A stretch of 28,721 bases of DNA from Candidatus Zixiibacteriota bacterium (GTDB lineage Bacteria > Zixibacteria > MSB-5A5 > GN15 > PGXB01). Positions 16,561 through 25,600 of the stretch are shown in pieces. Under the pieces are notes generated by a model. It made no database searches and was not told the DNA's origin. It worked only from the letters and a program-made list of their open reading frames with translations. Within the stretch, counting starts at the first letter, position 1; each line of letters begins with the position of its first letter. The stretch spans positions 908,070 through 936,790 of the forward strand of contig CP070766.1 of NCBI GenBank assembly GCA_020345705.1, in the 5' to 3' direction. Made by a program: the position numbers and the translations under genes.

Positions 16561-17125
16561 AAATCTGCTGGCCAGACTGAGATTGAAAATGCTATGCCGC
16601 AAATATCGCCCTTCCGCAATTTCCCTGCCCGGCGGCCTGCGCGGCCTCAAGAATATCCTGGTATGTCTTCCTCCCGGCCAAAGAGAGTTGACAATGGTCA
16701 AACAATTTCTGCCTGATCTGTCCAGGATTTTTGCCGAGTCCGAGATATATTTGATGGCCTCACCCGGTAGCAGTGTGTACGACATATTCCCCCGGAAGGG
16801 GTATCGGATAATGACCCCTTCTTCGGACCACGTTGACTGGAAGGGGATGGCCAGCAGGAAGTACCTGAGGCTCCTCAAGGAGAATGAGTATGGACTGATT
16901 CTGGACTTCAACCTCTCCCCCAACCATTTTTCTCAGTCAGTCCTTCTTTCCTTTCCAGACGCGGTAAGGATTGGCAAGGGCAACAGCCTCGGGACGCCGT
17001 ACTATAATCTCGAGATTAAAACCAGGTACATCCGCGATGAAAAGAATATCTACAAATCGATGGTGTTGACCATAGACAAACTCAAGAATCCGGCGCCAGC
17101 TGAAACAAACCGTAATGTTCGTTGA
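16547..17125 (+). CDS. Hypothetical protein resembling the N-terminal Rossmann half of GT9 heptosyltransferases
   Basis: TTG 16547 with GGAGG 9 nt upstream. The pattern KNILVCLP...YGLILDFN...RIG...YYNL follows the GT9 N-domain, but no second GT-B domain is present. Confidence 0.55.
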   Translation: MRGIRNLLARLRLKMLCRKYRPSAISLPGGLRGLKNILVCLPPGQRELTMVKQFLPDLSRIFAESEIYLMASPGSSVYDIFPRKGYRIMTPSSDHVDWKGMASRKYLRLLKENEYGLILDFNLSPNHFSQSVLLSFPDAVRIGKGNSLGTPYYNLEIKTRYIRDEKNIYKSMVLTIDKLKNPAPAETNRNVR

Positions 17126-17140
17126 TTCCCCGGAGGAAAT

Positions 17141-20100
17141 GTGTATCTAAAAAGATTGGAACTGCTTGGATTTAAATCTTTTCCCGATAAAACGGTCATC
17201 AAGTATACTCCCGGCGTGACCTCTATCGTCGGGCCGAACGGGTGCGGCAAGACAAACATCCTCGATTCCATCAGATGGGTCCTGGGCGAACAGAGGGTCT
17301 CTTTGCTTCGAGGAAGCAAGATGGAAGAGGTCATTTTCAATGGTACTCGTGAGGTGAAACCGCTGGGCATGGCCGAGGTCACCCTTGTGATTCAAAACAA
17401 CAAGGGTCTCCTGCCGACCGAGTATAGCGAAGTTCAGATTACCCGGAGACTGTTCCGTTCGGGCGAATCGGAGTATCTACTTAACAAGGTTCCCTGCCGT
17501 TTGAAAGACATAGCCGACCTGCTGATGGATACCGGGGTCGGCTCGCACGTCTATTCGGTTATTCAGCAGGACATGACCGAAGCCATCCTTTCCGACCGGG
17601 CCGATGAGAGACGATTTCTCTTTGAAGAAGCGGCCGGCATTTCAAAATACAAGAACAGAAAAAGAGCCGCCCTCAGAAAGCTGGAGGCGACCGAAAGCGA
17701 TCTGCTGCGGCTCAGAGACATCGTAGCCGAAATCACCACCCAGGTCAACTCGCTCAGGCGGCAGATGAACAAGGCTCAGCGCTATCAAGACCTCTCCGAA
17801 GAGCTGAAGGGATGGGAGATTTTTCTGGGCAAGTCCTCCGCTGAAGCGCTCGTGCAGGAAAGAAAAAGGCTTCTGGCGGAAAGAGACAGGCTCTCCGATG
17901 ATCGTGTGAAGTGCGAAACCTCGATTGAGACCCTGTCGGCGACTCAGGAAAAAGAAAGAATGGATTTGACCGACCTGGACAAAAGGCTGGCCGAGATTTC
18001 AAACGAGATTTTTGAGAAGTCAGAGGCGGCGCATTCGGTTGAAAAAGAAATCACCGTCTTGAATGAAAGGCGTGAAAACGCCCGGCAGTTAAAAGAGAAA
18101 AATCTGATAGACGTCGAGGCCTTCAAGAAACGGAAGGCCATCCTGCTGGAGCAGATTGAAGAAACGGAGAGCGATCAGAGAAACCTCGACGACGAGCTTG
18201 TTGAGCTAGGCCGGGAGGTGACGGAGGCGGAAGGGCGCCTTTCGGAAGCCGATGAAGAACTCCTGAAAGCACGTCAAAAGCGAGAGGGTGTCAACAAAGA
18301 CCTCATCGACCTTGAGGGCCGCTTATCGGCGGGAAAGACAGATGACACCAATCTGGCCCGGCAAAAAGATGAGGTCAGCCGGAGCATTTCCGATCTGGTG
18401 CAGCAATCCCAAGAACTGGAGGCAGAGAAGAGAAGTCTTTCCGAAAAGAAATCAGGCCTGGAGAGCGAGATATCCGACCTGAACGGAAAGCTCAAGCAGC
18501 TTCAGACGACGCAGCTGAATACTGAAGGCCAGATTGCCGGCCTCGATAATCAGCTTGATGAGTTGTCCGGAAAAATCTTTGACCTGTCGGCGGCCCTGGA
18601 AGCAGCCGAAGCGCGATGCCATCTCCTCGAAGAGATGGTTATGCACTATGAGGGGTACAGCTCTGGCGTTGTCGCCGTCATGGAAAACAAAGGGCGCTGG
18701 CCGGGGCTTACCGGTACCGTCGCTGATAATCTTACTCCCAGGCCGGGTTTCGAGGATGCCATTGAAGCGGCACTGGGCGAAATCGCCGGCTTCATGATTT
18801 GCCGGGACCGCGCCACGGCGGAGGATATCGTCAATTACCTCAGAAATGAAAATAAAGGTAAAGCCGGCCTGCTGATAATCGACGGCGTCACCGCCGATAC
18901 GGACGTGACCCGTCCAAGCCTAGACCGCGACGATTTCCTGGGATGGGCCGACGATCACGCGGTCATCCCGGAAGAAATGGCCGGGCTGGCGCGGCTGGTT
19001 CTTTCGAGAGTGGCGGTAATAAAACCCGAAAGCGCCAATAGTACTATCGAGCAGCTTCCCCCCTATTTCTCGGCCGTCAGTACTGACGGAAAGCTGTATC
19101 AGGGGAAGGCGATTATATCCGGCGGCTCGCGCGAAGGTATCTCGATGCTCGGGCGCAAAGAGAAGATTGCCGAGCAGATCAGGGCCATTGATGAGTTGAG
19201 GACGGAGATTCAAACCGTCAAGGAATCCAGAAACAGTCTTACGTCATCCCTCGGGGCGAAGCAAGCCGAGTTGAGTTCTCTGGCCTCCGAAGAGGCCAAT
19301 CTCAAGGAAGAAATCGATGACGCCAACAGGCGGCTGACCGAGTTGAGGTTTGAGATTCAAACGGCGGAAAACGAGCTGGCGAGAATCGGCGGGGAACGAC
19401 AAACGCTCTCGGAGAAGTTGGAAGCTCTCACCAGCAGGCAGTACAGCCTCAGCCTGGACTATGACCAACTGGCCAAAGACAAGGATACGCTAATAGAATC
19501 GATCAATCATCAGGACGGAATGATCAAGGAACTAGAGGCCGAATCGTCCGGAGCCGAAACGGCATATTCTAATCTTCAAATAAAGCAGATTGAGCAGAAG
19601 AGCCGGAAACAACAGCTGGAAAGCCAATTGGCCCATAACCGGGAGATTATCGCCGAATTGGAATCGAACATCACCGGCAAATCCGAGGAAGCTCTTCAGG
19701 CCGACAGCGAAATCGGCGCCGTTGGAGACAAGATCGTTCATCTTGAAGGCGATCTCAAGCAGATTTTCGATGCCCGTGCAGGAGTCGTCGAAAGGCAGTC
19801 AATACTTCGTCAGGATTACGCCATCCTGCAGGAGTATCTCGACGCCCGCGAAAAGGAGATCAAGACGTTCCGTCAGTCGAGGGAAGAAGTCGCTTCCAAA
19901 CTTCATTCTCATGAGATTCGAATCGCCGAGATTGACTCGGAGATGAAAAGCGTCAAGCAGAAAATTCGGGACGAACATAGCGTCGATCTTGATGATGTTT
20001 CACCGGCGCCGCCCAACACCGATTTATCTCCTGACGACAGGGTGAATCGCATGCATGAACTCAGAGAGCGAATGAGGGATTTCGGAGCAGTCAATCTTCT

Positions 20101-20812
20101 GGCCCTGGAGGAGTTTGAGGCCGCCAGGGAGCGGCAGGAATTTCTGACGGCCCAGATGAACGACCTTCTCAATGCCAAATCCACTCTGCAATCGACAATA
20201 TCCAAGATAAATCAGACAGCTAAGAGACTCTTTCTGGAGACATTCGAGCGAGTCCGCACCAACTTCAGAGAGGTGTTTGAAGAATTATTTACCGGCGGTG
20301 AGGCCGATATTCGCCTTCTGAATGAAGATGATCCGCTGGAATCCCCGATTGAAATAACGGCCCGACCGAGAGGAAAAAGGCTCCTTTCTATCGCTCAGAT
20401 GTCGGGCGGCGAGAGGGCCCTCACGGCCATTTCCCTTTTGTTCGCCATCTATCTGGCCAAGCCGTCGCCATTCTGCATTCTCGATGAGATAGACGCTCCC
20501 CTTGATGACGCTAATATTCATCGGTTCCTGAAGCTGATAAGAACTTTCTCCGAGCAAACCCAGTTCATTATCATCACCCACAACAAGATCACCATGGAGG
20601 CGGCCGACATACTGTACGGAATCACCATGGAGCAACCGGGAGTCTCGCGCGTTGTCTCCGTGAGGTTTAATGAAGAAGATGACAGTCCTTTGATCAATAC
20701 ATCCATAACTGACGACGATGAAGGATTCGACGATGAGATTCCTGCGGCCGTTAGAGACAGAATAACTCCAAAGATAAACATCAATCCGGCCGACAATCCG
20801 GATCAGAATTAG
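17141..20812 (+). CDS. smc: Chromosome segregation protein SMC
   Basis: Walker A GPNGCGKTN, long coiled coils, central hinge, signature MSGGE, Walker B/D-loop ILDEIDAPLD; GTG start with GGAGG. Confidence 0.97.
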   Translation: MYLKRLELLGFKSFPDKTVIKYTPGVTSIVGPNGCGKTNILDSIRWVLGEQRVSLLRGSKMEEVIFNGTREVKPLGMAEVTLVIQNNKGLLPTEYSEVQITRRLFRSGESEYLLNKVPCRLKDIADLLMDTGVGSHVYSVIQQDMTEAILSDRADERRFLFEEAAGISKYKNRKRAALRKLEATESDLLRLRDIVAEITTQVNSLRRQMNKAQRYQDLSEELKGWEIFLGKSSAEALVQERKRLLAERDRLSDDRVKCETSIETLSATQEKERMDLTDLDKRLAEISNEIFEKSEAAHSVEKEITVLNERRENARQLKEKNLIDVEAFKKRKAILLEQIEETESDQRNLDDELVELGREVTEAEGRLSEADEELLKARQKREGVNKDLIDLEGRLSAGKTDDTNLARQKDEVSRSISDLVQQSQELEAEKRSLSEKKSGLESEISDLNGKLKQLQTTQLNTEGQIAGLDNQLDELSGKIFDLSAALEAAEARCHLLEEMVMHYEGYSSGVVAVMENKGRWPGLTGTVADNLTPRPGFEDAIEAALGEIAGFMICRDRATAEDIVNYLRNENKGKAGLLIIDGVTADTDVTRPSLDRDDFLGWADDHAVIPEEMAGLARLVLSRVAVIKPESANSTIEQLPPYFSAVSTDGKLYQGKAIISGGSREGISMLGRKEKIAEQIRAIDELRTEIQTVKESRNSLTSSLGAKQAELSSLASEEANLKEEIDDANRRLTELRFEIQTAENELARIGGERQTLSEKLEALTSRQYSLSLDYDQLAKDKDTLIESINHQDGMIKELEAESSGAETAYSNLQIKQIEQKSRKQQLESQLAHNREIIAELESNITGKSEEALQADSEIGAVGDKIVHLEGDLKQIFDARAGVVERQSILRQDYAILQEYLDAREKEIKTFRQSREEVASKLHSHEIRIAEIDSEMKSVKQKIRDEHSVDLDDVSPAPPNTDLSPDDRVNRMHELRERMRDFGAVNLLALEEFEAARERQEFLTAQMNDLLNAKSTLQSTISKINQTAKRLFLETFERVRTNFREVFEELFTGGEADIRLLNEDDPLESPIEITARPRGKRLLSIAQMSGGERALTAISLLFAIYLAKPSPFCILDEIDAPLDDANIHRFLKLIRTFSEQTQFIIITHNKITMEAADILYGITMEQPGVSRVVSVRFNEEDDSPLINTSITDDDEGFDDEIPAAVRDRITPKININPADNPDQN

Positions 20813-20827
20813 GCTCGTATAACAGAC

Positions 20828-21745
20828 ATGATATCAGGGCTAAAGAAATTAAGGAATTCTCTTTCCAAAACCAGGGATAATCTTTTCGGAAAGATCAGCC
20901 GCGTTATCAAGGGCAGACGAATCGATGACGACCTTCTCCACGAGATAGAAGAAATTCTTTTGAAGGCCGACATTGGCGTTGAGGCTTCGGAAACGATTAT
21001 TGAGAATCTGCGCGCCGCGGCCAAAGAGGAACGGATTTTCGAATCCGAGGACGTTTTCAGTCTTCTCAAGAAAGAGATGTCGGACATTCTCGAAAGAAAC
21101 ATAAAGGCATCCCTGGTGGAAAACGAATTCAAGCCGGCCGTCTGGCTGATCACCGGTGTCAACGGAACGGGCAAGACAACGACCATCGGCAAGCTGGCCA
21201 AGTATTTCAAGGATAACGGCAAGAGCGTCATGATTGCGGCCTGCGATACATTTCGAGCCGCGGCCGTCGAACAACTGGCCATCTGGGCGGAACGATCGGA
21301 CGTCGGTTTCGTCAAGGCGCATTCGGGCGCGGACCCGGCCGCCGTCGCTTTTGATGCCGTCACCGCCGCCCGGTCACGAGGCATTGACTTTCTTCTGGTG
21401 GACACCGCCGGAAGGCTGCACACCAAGGCCAATCTGATGGAAGAGTTGAGAAAAATACGCCGCGTGACCGAGAAGGTAATCGCTTCCGAGCATATTTTTG
21501 CCAAGCTCATTATCGACGGGACAACCGGCCAGAATGCCCTCTCGCAGGTAAAGACGTTCACCGACGCCGTCGGCTGTGACGGCCTGATCGTGACGAAGCT
21601 TGATGGCACCGCCAAGGGCGGCATTGTTGTCGCAATCGCCCAGGAGCTTTCCATGCCCGTCGATTTCATCGGGATAGGCGAGGGTATTGATGACCTGCAA
21701 CCGTTCAACGCCAGTGAGTACGTGGAGGCGCTTTTTGAAGCTTGA
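20828..21745 (+). CDS. ftsY: Signal recognition particle receptor FtsY (short NG-domain form)
   Basis: GVNGTGKTTTIGKLA, DTFRAAA, DTAGRLH, TKLDGTAKGG and GIGE motifs; directly after smc. Confidence 0.97.
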   Translation: MISGLKKLRNSLSKTRDNLFGKISRVIKGRRIDDDLLHEIEEILLKADIGVEASETIIENLRAAAKEERIFESEDVFSLLKKEMSDILERNIKASLVENEFKPAVWLITGVNGTGKTTTIGKLAKYFKDNGKSVMIAACDTFRAAAVEQLAIWAERSDVGFVKAHSGADPAAVAFDAVTAARSRGIDFLLVDTAGRLHTKANLMEELRKIRRVTEKVIASEHIFAKLIIDGTTGQNALSQVKTFTDAVGCDGLIVTKLDGTAKGGIVVAIAQELSMPVDFIGIGEGIDDLQPFNASEYVEALFEA

Positions 21746-22136
21746 GCAACTGGAGATAAAGTCCCGCCGGCGCGAAGAACTGATCGACGTCACCGGCCCG
21801 GTTCAGAAGTATATTGAAAAGGCCGGCATCAGGGACGGCATCGTAATCCTCTACGTGCCGCATACAACGGCCGCCGTCACCATCAATGAGAATGCCGATC
21901 CGGATGTGACCCGCGACATACTTTACAAACTGCAAAAAGAAATCCCTCAGCAGGACGGCTATCACCACGGCGAAGGCAATTCCGATGCCCATGTGAAATC
22001 CTCTATTATCGGTGCTTCCACCCAGGTTATCGTCGCCGACGGCCGGCTTCTCCTGGGAACGTGGCAGGGTATCTACTTCTGCGAGTTCGACGGCCCCCGG
22101 ACCCGGCGGCTCCAGATAAAAGCAATCAGCGATTGA
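21735..22136 (+). CDS. yjbQ: YjbQ / UPF0047 family protein (secondary thiamine-phosphate synthase)
   Basis: HTTAAVTINENADPDV, HGEGNSDAHVK, LGTWQGIYFCEFDGPR motifs. TTG 21735 has GGAGG 6 nt upstream. Confidence 0.92.
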   Translation: MKLEQLEIKSRRREELIDVTGPVQKYIEKAGIRDGIVILYVPHTTAAVTINENADPDVTRDILYKLQKEIPQQDGYHHGEGNSDAHVKSSIIGASTQVIVADGRLLLGTWQGIYFCEFDGPRTRRLQIKAISD

Positions 22137-22606
22137 TGTTCAAAATAAATATCATCGCCCTGGGCAAGAATAAAGAAGGATGGGTTGATTGGGCAGTCGC
22201 ACATTATTTGAAACTCCTGAAGAAGTACGCCGCCGTTGAACTCGTCTATATCCCCGACGTAAAGAAGTCCAAAAATCTGCCTGAGACCGAGATTCGCCGA
22301 AAGGAAGCGCGCTTGATTGAAAACAGGAGCACATCAAAATGCAGAGTCGCTCTATGGAATAAGGGCCGTCGCCTGGATTCGGTAGGATTCGCGGAGTATC
22401 TGTCTAACTTGATGCTCGATGCGCGGGGACCTGTGGATTTCATTATCGGCGGCGTCTGCGGGCTTGATGAATCTCTGCTTGAATCCTGTGATGAGACTAT
22501 TTCCCTCTCCCCTATGACCCTCTCGCATCAAATCGTCCGGCCGGTGCTTCTGGAACAGCTTTACCGCGCGCTGTCAATCCTGGCCGGAGACAAATACCAC
22601 AAATAA
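22136..22606 (+). CDS. rlmH: 23S rRNA (pseudouridine1915-N3)-methyltransferase RlmH
   Basis: SPOUT motifs FIIGGVCG, SLSPMTLSHQIVRPVLLEQLYRA and C-terminal YHK. ATG 22136 overlaps the yjbQ stop. Confidence 0.95.
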   Translation: MFKINIIALGKNKEGWVDWAVAHYLKLLKKYAAVELVYIPDVKKSKNLPETEIRRKEARLIENRSTSKCRVALWNKGRRLDSVGFAEYLSNLMLDARGPVDFIIGGVCGLDESLLESCDETISLSPMTLSHQIVRPVLLEQLYRALSILAGDKYHK

Positions 22607-22634
22607 TAAGAGCCGGCCGTGGAACGACCGACTC
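22601..22634 (-). terminator. Rho-independent terminator of the giant repeat-protein gene
   Basis: Minus strand reads GAGUCGGUCG-UUCCA-CGGCCGGCUC (10 bp including two G-U pairs) followed by UUAUUAUUU. The wobble pairs form only on the minus strand. Confidence 0.75.
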
Positions 22635-22671
22635 ACCTTGAAGGAAAGCGTGCCGCAATCTGGCAACGTCT

Positions 22672-25600
22672 TTATTTCAAAATTGTCATTTTCCTGGTGG
22701 CCGTGAATCCTCCGGCATCGACCTTATAAAGATAAATCCCTGAAGCCACGCTCTGGCCGCCATTATCCCGACCATTCCATACCACTGTCACGATACCCGG
22801 GTCAGCATCGCCTTCAAACTGTCTGACGACCCGGCCGTTTATGTTGAAGATAGTTATCTGCCAGTGACAGGCAACCGGCAGAGACAGATCAATGGAGGTC
22901 ATGGGATTAAAGGGGTTGGGGTAGTTCTGGGATATCATAAACTGATCCGGGACCAGTTTCGAGTTTAAATCGGTCTCGACAACTTCGCCGTGGAAGCTCG
23001 CAAACGATGCTTCAACCAGAGAGATGTTTCCGGACCCGGTGTAGCCGATGCTGAGCAGATCGCCGACCCCTCCGGCGATAGCCGCGCCCGGATCAAAGCT
23101 GTAGATCAGGACTCTGAGTTCGCTATCGCGTGCCGAGTATGCAATGTGCATGTTCTCAGCCATTTCACCCGGCGTCGGTATTTCGGGGATGATACCGTCA
23201 TACCGGAATATAAGCAGTCCGGCCCCAAGCGGACAATCGGCATCGGCGTGAAGCGTAAGCGAATTGCCGTCGTCATGAACCGCCAGGTCAAGCTTCAGCT
23301 TATCCGGGGAGACTTTCGGAATCCGATCGGCATCACCGACGACCACGCGGACCAGATAAACCAGATCGGCGATAGTCAGTGTATATCCGTCGGCGTTGAC
23401 ATCGGTTGCCGCAATCTGTCCGTCAACGTTCTCCGTGAAGGCCGACAGACCGTAAATGAAATAATTTGTAAAAACAACCGCGTCGGCGATTTCGTAGGCA
23501 ACACCGTTCAGGTTGACGTCGCCGCGGGCGTCAATGGAATCGGGGTGCTTGACACAGATGCCGCCGTTATGGAAGTAAACGCAGCGAATCGGCGAAATCT
23601 CATCGCCGACAAGACAGCTGTCCCCGGCGCCGAAACCAATAGGTCGATTATCTTCAGGGAATAGTATATCATCAGCCTCGTCCCAGATCAGGTCGCCGGA
23701 GGCATTGTATATTCTCGATTCTATGTACTGCTCGGTCCCGCTGGGACTGGCGAAAGAGTTGTCGCCGCAGTCGATCCAGAAGAAGTAGATCGGCAGGAAC
23801 AGACCGCCGAGGTTCTGGTTGTTGGCGACCAGCATTTGCATTGTGGCCAGCACGCCCTGAGGATCCAGCTGATCTTCCGGCGGGTGAAACGGACCGTTGT
23901 TGATGTCGGCGATACCGACAATCCTGACCAGCATGGAGGGGCATCCCGGGCAATCTTCCTGCAGCAGCCGATGCGTGAAATATTCCCACCCGGCAATGGT
24001 GTCGCTCTTGAGGGCATACTGGAATGACATGACCGATGCATCATAAGCAACCAGGAGATCAAAGCCGCCGATCGGGTCAAGAGTTTGCACGACCAGATTG
24101 ACCGGAACACTCGAACCGACCACAACGCAGGAGTCAGTTTCAATCGCCAGGTCAACGCATACCGAACAGATCGGCGACGGATACACGGTTACGGAAAATA
24201 AACCGGTGTCGGCGCTACAGCCGTCGGTGGCCTCAAAGCAGAATTCGTAGGTCGTGTCGGTTATCTCCGGCGTGAAGCAGACCGTGCCACTGTCGTCACG
24301 ATAAGGGGTGAATTCACCCGGTCCGCAGACCTGGGTGATCGTCACGGGGTCTCCCTCGGCATCAACGGCAAAGATGCCGTCAAGGCATATCTGACCGGTG
24401 TCATCCTCGCACCATGTTATCAGGGTGTCGGCGGGAACGGTGAGTTCCGGGGTCATGTTGCCGATAACACTTATCGTCAGCTCGCAGGTATCAGCTCCGC
24501 AGGCGGAAGTCGCGACGACCCTAGTCTCATAGTCTCCGGATTCGGAAATCGGAATACACACCATGCCGCCGCTGTAGGATCCTTCGGGAAGCACCGTTAC
24601 CTCCACGCCGGACCCGATGACGTCGACATGGAAGCAGATTTCCGAAACCTCTGTCAGGCAGACGAGGGTGTCGAAGTCTCCCGGGCATACCAGCTCGGGA
24701 ACCTGGTTTATAACTACGTTGACCTGAACCACACACGTGTCAACGCTGCACGGAGTTTCCGCAATGATGGTTATATGATATTGGCCCGACGTATCGGCAT
24801 AGAAGGTCAGCTTCTTCGTGGCGAAGTCGTAAACGCCTATCGGCGTAATTGTCAGTGTTGCCGAAGGCGGACTGATCGGCACAAGTGCTGAAACCGGGCC
24901 GGGTGAACAGAGCGAAGCACTTATCGGCAGATCGGGACACATGATCTCGACATACTCATCAAAGGCGACGTTGACCGTGATCGTACACGTGTCGGCGCCG
25001 CAGACTTCAGAGGCAATCACCGTTATTTCGTAACTGCCGGCGGTATCGGCATAGAAACAGATCTGTCCGTCGGCATAAATGCCGAATGACACACTGACCT
25101 CGACGCTCGACGGGGTAACCGTCAACGGGAGACAGATCTGGCCGGGGTCGCACAGTCTCTCGGCGAAGGGCTCGCTCGGACAGTCGATCACAGCCACATC
25201 GCCAGTGGTTACGGTGATGCAGACCTCATCGCTTCCCGAAGCTCCGCATTCATCATAGGCAGTAACAGTCAGACAGTATGTTCCCGGAACGGTCGGAGTG
25301 AAACATAGCATTCCTGTCTGAATATCATAAAATCCGGTCGGTGAAACGGTGACCGAGTCAATTTCATTATCGGAGTCGAGCACCGCAGCCAGACGACAGA
25401 TTTCCTGGAAATCACACTGGAAATATGTGGTATCATTGCCGGCATCTACCGTGGGCGGCGCATTAAATCCAACCGTGACGTTGAATTCGCAGGTATCGGC
25501 CCCGCAATCAGTCTCAGCAATTATGGTGAGAGAATATATGCCGGCGGTATCTGCGGCAAAGCATAGACTGCCGTTTTCATAGTTGCCGATGGGCAGAACG

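Noticed and set aside
17141-20812. SMC as part of a Wadjet/MksBEF or other defence system
   Set aside because: It is a canonical full-length SMC with hinge in the usual smc-ftsY context, with no jetABD or mks partners.
20809-21708. 299-aa minus-strand ORF
   Set aside because: It is the antisense shadow of ftsY.
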